Below, in pieces: positions 9,314-19,400 of a DNA stretch of 64,000 bases; the stretch's first letter is position 1, and every line of letters starts with the position of its first letter. The stretch lies in IMG/VR virus record IMGVR_UViG_3300037245_001320, positions 64,001-128,000 of that record; one strand, given 5' to 3'. The position numbers were made by a program, and so were the translations under genes. The notes under the pieces were generated by a model. The model did not search any database and was not told where the DNA came from. It saw only the letters and a program-made list of their open reading frames with translations. Origin of the DNA: a virus.

Positions 9314-9730
9314 ATGGCACAAAGAGACGTTATACATAGAGCTTTAGCAGTACATATAAACAATAACTTTTCTGATGCTTCTGAAGTGGTATGGGAAAAT
9401 ACATCGTATACACCAGATCTAACTACTCCATGGTTTGAAGAGTTTTTCTTACCAAATGATTCTAGACAAGCTTCGTTAGGACTAACAGGAGAACAAGAAG
9501 ATTTTGGGTTATATCAGATAAATGTAAATATCCCTATTAACCAAGGAACATTTTTATCAGACACATATATAGATGAGTTATCACAATTATTTAAAATAGG
9601 AACTATTCTCGAAAAAGATGGAGAGAAAATATATATAGAAAACAGTACAGCAGCTCAAGGAATCCCAGAGGAAAATTGGTATGTTGTTCCATTCACAATA
9701 TCGTGGTCATGTTATATGACAATAAATTAA
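9314..9730 (+). CDS. Tail terminator (DUF4128-like)
   Basis: WEN..Y.P and G.YQINV..P...G motifs; synteny. Confidence 0.75.
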   Translation: MAQRDVIHRALAVHINNNFSDASEVVWENTSYTPDLTTPWFEEFFLPNDSRQASLGLTGEQEDFGLYQINVNIPINQGTFLSDTYIDELSQLFKIGTILEKDGEKIYIENSTAAQGIPEENWYVVPFTISWSCYMTIN

Positions 9731-9741
9731 GGAGAAAATAA

Positions 9742-10668
9742 ATGGCATTAGGAAGAGGATCACAAAGAGGTCTAAGGTTTATTGAAGAAGTGACCGTAGG
9801 TGTAACACCAGCTACAAATATGACAACTTTAAGAAATACAGGAGATTCTATAACATTAACGAAAGATAGCTTTCAATCTAATGAACTAAGATCAGATAGA
9901 GCTGTAACAGATTTAACTATGGGTAATAAACAAACTGGTGGAGGAATTGATTATGAACTATCAGTAGATAACTTTGACCCCTTTCTAGCAGCAGCTTTGT
10001 ATTCTACAGGAACAGATTTACTAGCTGGAATTGAAAATGGTGTAACAGAGAGATCATTTACAATAGAAAAATCATTCCCAAACATCCCTATATATGAGGT
10101 TTACACAGGAATACATGTTAATACATTAACTTTAAATGTAGCAGCTAATAGTCAGATAACAGGTTCAATGGATTTGCTGGGAACAGGATACACAACTCCT
10201 ATACCAATTATCCCTTTAGTTAATGCAACAGATGCAGCAGTAACAGGGGGTTTATTTGATTCTCATAACTTAGTTATTAGAGAGGGAGGAGTTCCCATAG
10301 GAATAGGCTTATCGCTAACATTAAATATAAATAACAACTTAAACGCTGCTTTTGCATTAGGTGATGATGAAGCTATAGAAGTTATAGATGGTAGATGTTC
10401 TGTAGACGGAACACTTCAGATTTATTTTGATAGTAAAGATATCTATGAGAAGTTTGCAAATGACACAGAGAGTTCAATAGAGTTAGATCTAATAAGCACA
10501 AAAGCTGGAGTAGTAACAACATATACATTTGAACTACCTAGAGTTAAGTATACAACAGCAGATGATCCTGTATCAGATGAAGGAGCAGTTAATGTTTCTA
10601 TGGCATTCATGGCTCTACAAGATGATTCAGCAGGGTACACAATTAAAATAAGTAAAACAGTAGTTTAA
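9742..10668 (+). CDS. Major tail tube protein
   Basis: E.T.G.TP, S.ELRSDR, GG.I.YELS, SFTIEK and F.LPRVKY motifs. Confidence 0.88.
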   Translation: MALGRGSQRGLRFIEEVTVGVTPATNMTTLRNTGDSITLTKDSFQSNELRSDRAVTDLTMGNKQTGGGIDYELSVDNFDPFLAAALYSTGTDLLAGIENGVTERSFTIEKSFPNIPIYEVYTGIHVNTLTLNVAANSQITGSMDLLGTGYTTPIPIIPLVNATDAAVTGGLFDSHNLVIREGGVPIGIGLSLTLNINNNLNAAFALGDDEAIEVIDGRCSVDGTLQIYFDSKDIYEKFANDTESSIELDLISTKAGVVTTYTFELPRVKYTTADDPVSDEGAVNVSMAFMALQDDSAGYTIKISKTVV

Positions 10669-10688
10669 AATAAATAGGAGATTTAAAA

Positions 10689-11132
10689 ATGGATTTAAGT
10701 AAATTAGCAACTAAAGAGAAGTCAGAGAAAGGATCAAGATTATACCTTATAGCACCTGATGGTAGAGAAACAACAATTTTTATGGATGTACTAGGACAAG
10801 ATTCTAAGAAGTATTTAAATAGAATAAACGAAGCTGTTCTAGACAGTGTTAACAAAAAGAAAGACTCTGATAAAAAAGAAGTCGATATGGATGATCTTCT
10901 TGAAGGACAAGAGAAACAACTAGAGACATTAACTATGATGGTTATCGGTTGGGGAGATCATGAAGAAACAGAAGATAAAGATCCGAAGAAAGGTAAGATA
11001 AAAAAAACTATCACATGGGGCGAAGACGAATTAAAATACACAGAGAAAAATCTTCTTAAAGTATTTGATGCGTGTCCTTGGATGAAAGAACAGATTAATG
11101 CGTTCATGGGGAAAAGAGCAAATTTTTTGTAA
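10689..11132 (+). CDS. Tail assembly chaperone (gpG-like)
   Basis: Lies between tail tube and tape measure; ends ANFL over a slippery T TTT TTG. Confidence 0.85.
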   Translation: MDLSKLATKEKSEKGSRLYLIAPDGRETTIFMDVLGQDSKKYLNRINEAVLDSVNKKKDSDKKEVDMDDLLEGQEKQLETLTMMVIGWGDHEETEDKDPKKGKIKKTITWGEDELKYTEKNLLKVFDACPWMKEQINAFMGKRANFL

Positions 11133-11491
11133 GACTGGCTGTTTCAGTAAAAGACTCAGCCAGAGCTTTTGTACAGCTCCATGATCCTGTGAGACCTAAT
11201 GGTGATTCAGAATATGATGAAGCATTATTTTTACAGAAAAAAGGTGAAGAGTATCCCTTATTGAAGCAAGCAGAGCCTCCTCGAAATGAGGCGGCTCTTT
11301 TTGTATGGGGATTGTATTTTAACAAATTAAGAGGCTCAGGAATATCTATGACCGAGATAAAAAACTATATGGACTTATATGGAGTTGATTTAGTTCCTTG
11401 GCAAATAGATTTAATATTTATTATTCATAATGCTGTTGAGGGTTATTTTAATGATAAACATAAGAAAGCTGGGAATAAAGGGAAGAAGTGA
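11123..11491 (+). CDS. Frameshift extension of the tail chaperone (gpGT-like, -1 frame)
   Basis: The -1 frame is open from slippery site 11123-11129 into ORF 11189-11491; IS..EI..Y..L.G..L..W motif. Confidence 0.8.
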   Translation, partial: FFVRLAVSVKDSARAFVQLHDPVRPNGDSEYDEALFLQKKGEEYPLLKQAEPPRNEAALFVWGLYFNKLRGSGISMTEIKNYMDLYGVDLVPWQIDLIFIIHNAVEGYFNDKHKKAGNKGKK

Positions 11492-11501
11492 TAAAAAGTC
11501 C

Positions 11502-11530
11502 TTGACAAATGATCAATAGTATGTTACACT
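11502..11530 (+). promoter_or_regulatory. Sigma70-type promoter for the inserted endonuclease
   Basis: TTGACA-17nt-TACACT with TG at -15/-14. Confidence 0.65.
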
Positions 11531-11564
11531 TAAAAGGTTAATATATTTAAAAAGGAGATTTAGA

Positions 11565-12836
11565 TTGGGTGGAGTAACAACTTTAACAACAGAGAAGATA
11601 AATGAGAAAATGATTCCAAAGGGATTCAAATTATTAACTACGGAATATAGTAATAATAGTACAGTAATGGAATGGGAATGTCAAGAGTGTCTGGGTACAT
11701 TTCCAGATAAACTAATTAACTTACAGAGAAGTTTAAGATGTAAATGCTGTAATGGTGTAAAGAAGCATAGTGTAGAAAGTATTAGAGAAGAGTTCTTAGT
11801 AAAAGGGTTTGAGCTATTAAGCACAGAATATGTAGATAATACCACAGGGATGGAATGGAAACATTTAGAATGTGGGGAAGTATTTCCTTGCGGGTTAAGA
11901 AATATGCAAAGAGCCTTATATTGCAGAGTTTGCGAAGGACCTAATGAGTACACAGTCGAAAGTATAAGAGGACAAATACAACCTTTCGGAATATTCCTAT
12001 TAAGTGAGGAGTATACAAATCAAGATCAACTATTAAATTGGGTGTGTATTCATTGTGGACATGAGTGGGAGAAGAGTAGAACAGTAATGACTGATCATTG
12101 TTTTTGTCCTGAGTGTCGAGATGATAAGCCTTTAAGCATGATAGAAATAAATGAAAGAATGAAGAAAAGACCTTTTATTTGTATTACAGAAGGTATTCAT
12201 TTAAGATCAGCACAAGTAGAGTGGCAGTGTACTAATGAAGAATGTAAACACACTTGGTTTAGGTCGTTTGTAGAAACAGGAGCTTGGGGTGGAGATTGTG
12301 TTGAATGTAGAGACCATAAACCCTATACAGTACAGTTTATTAAAGAGAAGTTATTAAATGATGAGAGAAATATTGTAGTAGTAACAGATCTCCCAGATGA
12401 AACACTTACACCCGCCGTAACTAATATGAGATGGAAATGTCTTATATGTACACAAGAATGGCCTACAGTTGTAGGTTCTGTTATGAGTGGAGAAACAGGA
12501 TGCCCTAAGTGTAATAAAACTTCTGTAAATAAGATTATTGCTGAAAGAAATAAAAAGCAATGGTTAAAAGAAGATGGAAAGGTATATGTTATAAAATGCT
12601 GGGATGAAGAAACAGGAGAAGTATTTTACAAAATAGGGGTAACAATACGAAAGACAGTAAACAGAACTTATGAAATACCCTACACATGTGAGGTACTTAC
12701 AGAAATAAACACAAATAGACACGATATGTATTATATAGAGCAGGATTTACATCAAATAAACTCTGCTACAAGTTACTTACCAAAGAAACACTTTGGAGGG
12801 AAGCACGAATGCTTTTCTAGTGTAATAGGATTTTAA
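11565..12836 (+). CDS. Zinc-ribbon-repeat endonuclease with GIY-YIG/T5orf172-like C-terminus, inserted in the tail operon
   Basis: Five W.C..C...(W/F).............C..C repeats; C-terminal VYVI..YKIGVT..E..LH..GG..ECF. Confidence 0.75.
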   Translation: MGGVTTLTTEKINEKMIPKGFKLLTTEYSNNSTVMEWECQECLGTFPDKLINLQRSLRCKCCNGVKKHSVESIREEFLVKGFELLSTEYVDNTTGMEWKHLECGEVFPCGLRNMQRALYCRVCEGPNEYTVESIRGQIQPFGIFLLSEEYTNQDQLLNWVCIHCGHEWEKSRTVMTDHCFCPECRDDKPLSMIEINERMKKRPFICITEGIHLRSAQVEWQCTNEECKHTWFRSFVETGAWGGDCVECRDHKPYTVQFIKEKLLNDERNIVVVTDLPDETLTPAVTNMRWKCLICTQEWPTVVGSVMSGETGCPKCNKTSVNKIIAERNKKQWLKEDGKVYVIKCWDEETGEVFYKIGVTIRKTVNRTYEIPYTCEVLTEINTNRHDMYYIEQDLHQINSATSYLPKKHFGGKHECFSSVIGF

Positions 12837-12850
12837 GAAGGAGAAAGTAT

Positions 12851-15142
12851 ATGCCAGAAAATGTCGCCAAATTGGCCATCGTTGTAGGTACAAAAGGCGT
12901 TAAAGAAAGTACAAAAGAACTAGATGCCCTTACTAAGCGTGTAAAGGAATTAGAAAAGGGTTTAAAAAGCAATAAAAAAACAACCAAGGCAGCAGGAGAG
13001 CAACAAAAGAAATTTACCACAACTATAGGTTCCCTTAGAAGTGCTCTCCCTGCTACAGCCAGTGCAATATATTTAGTCCAACAAGCATATGCTATACTTA
13101 AAGGAGCCTTGGATACTGTTAATGAAGCTTATGAGAAACAGTTTTCCTCTGAGATCCAATTACAGGCAATACTAAAAACAACAAGTAACGCTATTGGTTT
13201 TACAACGGAAGAGATATACAAGATGACAGATGCATGGTCAAGTATGACAGGTATTAATGACTCTATATTAAATGAAGCTGCTGCTATTGGTGCGACGTTT
13301 GTAGACATATCTAAAGAAGTGTTTCCAGACTTAATTGAGCAGGCATTAAACATGTCAACAATATTCAAACAAGACTTGAAACAATCAATTATTCAGTTGG
13401 GTGTTGCTACAAACAATTTACAAGTATCTCGTTTAACAAGAATTGGAATTTCCTTTACAGATCAACAAAAAAAGCAAATAAGAGTTTTAAGAGAGTCTGG
13501 AGATGTCCTTGGTGCACAAATTTTAATCATGGAGGAATTGGAACGAGAAATAGGTGGTGTAGCACAAGCTATGGGAGAATCATCCCTAGGAGCTATACGA
13601 AAATACAATACTGCGTGGGAAAATTTGTTTGAGGAATTAGGAGAAGCCAGTACAACAGCCTATGCTACTATTTTACAGAATATGAATATGTCTGGAGTTG
13701 TCAAACAAGTCTCAGACGCAATAGGAACAATTAATGCTACTAATAAAATAACAACATTATTTGATGCAGGAGTCTTAGCAGAGAATGTAGAGATGGGATT
13801 AGTAAGTTTTGCAGAATTAGGGGCAGCTTATAAAACATATATAAAATTGGTAACAGCCGCAGAGAATAGAGCAGAGTCTGCCTTACTTCCCTCCGCAGTG
13901 GCCTCAGCAGAAGCAGACGCTAAAGTATATACAACACTATCTATTGCTGTACATAACCTCACCCTAAGAAAAAAGGCATTAGAGGAACAACAAAAACTAG
14001 ATATTGCTGAAGCAGAGAGACTAAAGAAATTAAAACAGGAAGCAGATGCAATAGCATTACTAGCAAAGCAATATGAACAATATGGTAAATTAAAAAACAG
14101 GGCAGAACTAGCTGGGATTGACGATAAGTTCGAGAAACAAAGAAGGGCATTAGAGATAGAGTGGTTAGCTATACGAAAAAAGGCATGGGAGGAACATGGT
14201 TTAACTGTAGATCAACTTAATGAGAAAACAGGTAATTACTATGCCACTATGTTACAGCTCATCAATGTGCAAGAAGCCTCAGCAATTGCAGAACAAAAAA
14301 TAAAAGATACAGACTTATATGGTTCAGAAACCAGAAAAAATGCAGAAGCTTATCTTCTGTTGGTAAAAGACTTGGAACGAGCTGTTAAAGGTGGACTGAG
14401 CCAAGATGATGCAGATAATTTCCTAGAGCAGTGGGTGGAAGATCTACATAAAGCTCAACTAATTTTTAATGATATAAATGCGCCACGAGAAAATAAATTT
14501 ATGGAGGGCTTAATAGGAGGCTTTGACACAGCTAAGGAAAGAGCAGATCTCTTTGCCCAATCAATGGAGAACATTGGTAATATCGTAGAGGGTTTAGCCC
14601 TAGATGCAATAGGTGCTTCATTTTATACTATAGGTGATGCAATAATGAGAGGATCGGACGCTACAGATGATTTAGGTCTTTCTTTATTGGGTATGGTAGG
14701 GTCAGCATTTGAAGCAGCCTCTGCACAATTTCTTGTAGCAGCAGCAACAGCATTCGCTTCAAAAGACTATGGAACAGGAGCAACTATGTTAGCATTAGCC
14801 GCCTCCACGGGTATAGCAGGAGGAGTTATTGGAGGAGCGTTAACGCAACAAGATACAGCTACTGCAAAAGCCACAGTAACAGACCCACTAACAGCCACCC
14901 CTCCCACAGATCTTGGAGGAAGTAATAAATTTGGGGCTACAGATAAAACACCAATAAATATAAGCATTTTAGATAGCACAGGCTCGTCTATATCAGCAGA
15001 AGAAAGCCAAAATGCATCGGGTGTTAAAGAAATATCCATTATTGTCGATGCGGCTGTAAACGATGGATTAGGAAAAGGGTCATATAATGATGCATTAGTA
15101 TCAGGATTTGATATACAACCTGTACCACTATTAACCCACTAA
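12851..15142 (+). CDS. Tape measure protein
   Basis: Ala/Gly-rich helical protein with L...GISFT..QK..I..L.ESGD..GAQ..I..EL motif; follows the chaperones. Confidence 0.88.
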   Translation: MPENVAKLAIVVGTKGVKESTKELDALTKRVKELEKGLKSNKKTTKAAGEQQKKFTTTIGSLRSALPATASAIYLVQQAYAILKGALDTVNEAYEKQFSSEIQLQAILKTTSNAIGFTTEEIYKMTDAWSSMTGINDSILNEAAAIGATFVDISKEVFPDLIEQALNMSTIFKQDLKQSIIQLGVATNNLQVSRLTRIGISFTDQQKKQIRVLRESGDVLGAQILIMEELEREIGGVAQAMGESSLGAIRKYNTAWENLFEELGEASTTAYATILQNMNMSGVVKQVSDAIGTINATNKITTLFDAGVLAENVEMGLVSFAELGAAYKTYIKLVTAAENRAESALLPSAVASAEADAKVYTTLSIAVHNLTLRKKALEEQQKLDIAEAERLKKLKQEADAIALLAKQYEQYGKLKNRAELAGIDDKFEKQRRALEIEWLAIRKKAWEEHGLTVDQLNEKTGNYYATMLQLINVQEASAIAEQKIKDTDLYGSETRKNAEAYLLLVKDLERAVKGGLSQDDADNFLEQWVEDLHKAQLIFNDINAPRENKFMEGLIGGFDTAKERADLFAQSMENIGNIVEGLALDAIGASFYTIGDAIMRGSDATDDLGLSLLGMVGSAFEAASAQFLVAAATAFASKDYGTGATMLALAASTGIAGGVIGGALTQQDTATAKATVTDPLTATPPTDLGGSNKFGATDKTPINISILDSTGSSISAEESQNASGVKEISIIVDAAVNDGLGKGSYNDALVSGFDIQPVPLLTH

Positions 15143-15160
15143 AATAAGGAGAAATAAAAT

Positions 15161-15529
15161 ATGGCAACCCCACTACCACAAACATGGCCTCCCACAGAAG
15201 AACTACCACAGAGGTTTCAACAGAATAGTTATACAGAAGGTAATATAAACAACCTAATTCAAACTAAAATGGACTCAGGTCCTACTAAAAGAAGAAAAAG
15301 GACAACTAAGGCCTACAAGCCTTTTTCTGGAACTATGATTATGTCCACAGAGGAAAAATTAATTTTTGAGGAGTTCTTTACAGACGAGATAGCATATGGA
15401 GCACTACCATTCACCATGCCCTCTCCTATCGAAGGGGTAGCATGGGATGTTTATTTAGATAATCACAGTATGAAGCCTATAAATGGCACAAAATGGTCGG
15501 TAAATATGAGTTTTAGAACGTTGATATAA
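15161..15529 (+). CDS. Distal tail protein (lambda gpM-like)
   Basis: T.MDSGP.K.R.R.T and F...I..GALPF motifs. Confidence 0.75.
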   Translation: MATPLPQTWPPTEELPQRFQQNSYTEGNINNLIQTKMDSGPTKRRKRTTKAYKPFSGTMIMSTEEKLIFEEFFTDEIAYGALPFTMPSPIEGVAWDVYLDNHSMKPINGTKWSVNMSFRTLI

Positions 15530-15541
15530 AAAGGATATAAA

Positions 15542-16012
15542 ATGACAGAGCAATTTAAAGAACAAATAACAGCAGTATCTACTGACGAGACATTCTTACT
15601 ATTACTAGATATTACTCACCCTGACCCTACATACGGATTTACTTTTCATATAGTGAATGACATCATAGGACATGATGTAGGAGGCACAATCTATGAACCC
15701 TATGCCTTCTCATTTGTTGCCCCTAAAACAACAGCTACAGGAGCAACTGCTTCTTTAGTGCTAGATGACGTAGATAGAAGATTTGCGGTAGCACTAAGCA
15801 GAGTACCTTCTCCTCAACCAACATGTACAATAACGTTGGTGAAAGCATCAGACATGACTGTAGCAGAACTTGATCCATGGGTATTTAATCTAGGAAAAAT
15901 GAATGTATCTAGTGCAACAGTAACAATGGATCTTTTAAAAGAAACAGTCTTAAATAATGCCTTGTCAGGATTTAATATTGATGCCACCAACTTCCCAGGC
16001 TTTTTCTCATGA
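15542..16012 (+). CDS. Tail tip protein (DUF1833 / gpL-like)
   Basis: LLDITHP, IVND and C-terminal FPG(F/L)F motifs. Confidence 0.75.
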   Translation: MTEQFKEQITAVSTDETFLLLLDITHPDPTYGFTFHIVNDIIGHDVGGTIYEPYAFSFVAPKTTATGATASLVLDDVDRRFAVALSRVPSPQPTCTITLVKASDMTVAELDPWVFNLGKMNVSSATVTMDLLKETVLNNALSGFNIDATNFPGFFS

Positions 16013-16431
16013 AGTGGTATAGTAAATATGTGGGAGTACCTTTTAGATCTTTAGGAAGGACAATGCAAGGGTGTGATTGTTATGGTTTAGTTCAACTTGT
16101 TTTAAAAGAGCATTATGATATAGTACTACCAGATGTAGGGGGATATGTTAATGCACTTGACACAGGACAGACTTCCAGTGTAATAGATGTAAACACCCCT
16201 TTATTATCAGGTGAAAAACAAACAGAACCCTCAGAGGGATTGGTAGTTGTATTATCCTCCTTAGAAGGGCTATCATCACACGTAGGACTGCTCGTAACAG
16301 ATAAGTTGATGTTACACACAACTAAGCAGTTTGGGACGATTATAGAGCCTATAACAAGAAATAAAATAAAAAATAGAATAAAAGGATTATACAATGTCAA
16401 TAAGAGTTATAACACAAACAAATCCATTTAG
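16009..16431 (+). CDS. NlpC/P60 tail tip protein (gpK-like)
   Basis: YVGVPF..GR...GCDCYGLV, HVG and MLH motifs. Confidence 0.88.
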   Translation: MKWYSKYVGVPFRSLGRTMQGCDCYGLVQLVLKEHYDIVLPDVGGYVNALDTGQTSSVIDVNTPLLSGEKQTEPSEGLVVVLSSLEGLSSHVGLLVTDKLMLHTTKQFGTIIEPITRNKIKNRIKGLYNVNKSYNTNKSI

Positions 16432-19400
16432 TACAGAAAGAAAGATAAACGAATTAGATGATGTAAAAACAGTTAACGGTATTCTAAGAAAACTTAAAAT
16501 AAATAAAAAGGACATTCCTCTTGCCATATCAGTTAACGGTGTCGTTACAGAAGATTTTTCCTTGAAAGTAAAAGAGAATGATTTGGTATTAGTAAAAATC
16601 ATTCCTTCTGGGGACAGAGGTACAGCTATCTCAAGGGTTTTAGGAGGCTTACAGGTTGTAGCAGGTATAATACTTATTGCTACAGGATTAGGAGCAGGAG
16701 GAGGGGTAGCCTTAATAATTTCAGGAACAACTACATTCTTTGGTCCTGAAATAGCCTCATGGGCTGAGAACGCAACAGACAAAGACAATAAGGTAAAGTT
16801 AACAGGACCATCCACTTCCGATGTAAGCTACCTAAAAGGAGGAAAAAATGCTTATGGTCAGAATCAACCTGTCCCTGTAATATTAGGAAAACACCGATAT
16901 TATCCATACCAAATAGCTTATCAATATACCAATTTAGAACTAGATGCTAAAGTAACTCCTGTAGTATCCAATCCAGAAGTAGTTGAGGACACTTTAAGAA
17001 AAGCAAATGGACAGTTAAATCAACTAAGGAATAGACATGACGATTATGAAACAATGATATCTGATGTAAGAACAAAAATAGCAGACCTATACAGTCCAGG
17101 AGGAACAACATGGGTAGCTATTTTAGATACTCGAACGGACTTGTATGCTTTAAAGAGTATTCCTGAATTAAATAGGGATAGTCATTTGTCAACAGCAATA
17201 GGATTCTTTACAACTGGTGCACCAGTTTCTGAGGCATATGGCTCAACATTTGTTTCTTCAGCATATAATCAAAAACTACACCAAGTACTTTTGTGGGGAC
17301 ATAAAGACATAGAAATATTACCTAATACGCTAAAAAGAGCAGAAACACTTGTGACTAATACAGCCTTAACAGACACATCAGTAGTACATAATAGTTTAAG
17401 TAATTATGGGGAAAAAGCTCAAAAGCATGTTGCAATCTATAAAGTGTTAAAAAAGTTTAGTACAACTACAGGAGCAACCCCTTACAGCATCCTTTTGCCA
17501 GGAAAGATTAAAGATGCAACAATGGTATTTATTTTTGGTTTGTTTTTTGCAAAAAACAAAGACGATGAGTATTTAACTCCTAAAATTAAAGTATCATGGG
17601 CATTATATGAAGTACCCGACTCAGGTCCAGATGTGCTTGTAACAACAAAAACGGAAACATTCTCAGGGGGAGATGTACATAAAGCAGAACAACAGGAACC
17701 TTCGGGAATAAATTTAACTATACCCGTTACATTAACTACGACTAAGCAATACAAAATAACTATACAACGAGAGTTTGATGATATGCAGGATGAGGACAGT
17801 ACGGTGTACAATCCTCATGTGTCTGCATTTGAATCGGTAGTAGCCTTATCACATATACTATGTACATCTGATCTAGATGTTATGACTCCCTATGCAAAGA
17901 CTACTTATAATTACTCATCAGTAGTTACACAAGATGATACAATAGATGGGGATATAGATAGTTTTAATGCTATTGTACAAACTAACGTACCTAACTATAA
18001 TGGTGTAGGAACAGGAAGTTCTGCATGGAACACATTAGAACTTACAAGTAATCCAGCTTCAATGTATTTATATATACTACAAGGTGCACCAAATAAACGC
18101 CAAGTAGATGATAGTGAAATAGATTGGGCAGCTTTAGAAGACTGGTGGCAATTTTGCGAAGATAATAATTTTGAGTGTAATATAGTTTTAATAAACCCTG
18201 GAAGTATAAGTAATATATTAAAAACAATATGTATAACAGGAAGAGCAACATTAAATACTACTAACAACTATTCTGTTTTGGTAGATAAAGAACGTGATTT
18301 TCCAACACAACTAATTACAAATTTAAATGCCTTTAACATGTCATTAAATAGGAGTTTCAATGAACCTGTACATGGGATATACTTTTCCTTTATAGATGCA
18401 GGAGAAGAGTCAGACTACCAAGCAGTAGAAAGAGCTGTTTATCTAGATGGGTATAATGAAAATGGGACAGACGGAAAAATTAAAGCCACTAAACTATTAT
18501 CTCAACAATTACTAGGTGTAACAAGTGCAACTCAAGTAGGGCAACTAGGTAAGTTTATGATTAATGCCTATAATAGACGTGTAGAAACAGTCTCAGTTTC
18601 AATGGATATAGAATATTTATTAGCGTTACCAGGAGATCTAGTTAAATTCTCCTACGATCAATTACTAACAAGTACTGCTAGAGGTAGAATAACAGAGATA
18701 ATAAACAATGGCTCAGGAGAAACTGAAACCATATTATTAGATACCGATGTAACTATGGAAGCAGGTAAATCATATGCAGTTGTTATTAGATTAGCTAATG
18801 GAGATTTTGTAGAAGAAGGTGCAACACAGAGCATACCTGTAAATACAATTGTTGGTACCTTTGACTATGTAATTCTGTCTAGCCCACAGGTAACATCTGT
18901 AGCTGTTGGAGACTTGGTGGCTTTTGGAGAAGCTGCAACAGTAACTGGGGATTATTTAGTACAATCTATCACTCCCTCAGATAATCTATCAGCTACGTTA
19001 CGATTAGTTAATTATGCAGAAGAAATATACTCTCCTGATCCACTAGGACCATGGGAATCTCCTTATGGGAAACAGAGTGACTTTGGAGCCTCTCCTATTT
19101 TAGAGAGTACCTACACATTGGATGCAATAGGTAATTTAACAGATGCTAATGCAAAAAGATTAGACACATTAGCATCTCCTTCAATAAAAAGAGCTATACG
19201 TACCCAAACACCTTCAGCAACATACGTTCGAGAAGATGTGCTTGAAATGGCCTTATCTAATAATTATTTATACTTTATAGATAAAGAGGATCTATCTATA
19301 AAGAGAACAACCATATTACCCAATGCAGCGACAGAAACAATAGTAACAACCCCTTGTAAGGAATTAGCTGTTACGGCTGATGATAGGTTTCTGCTTTACA

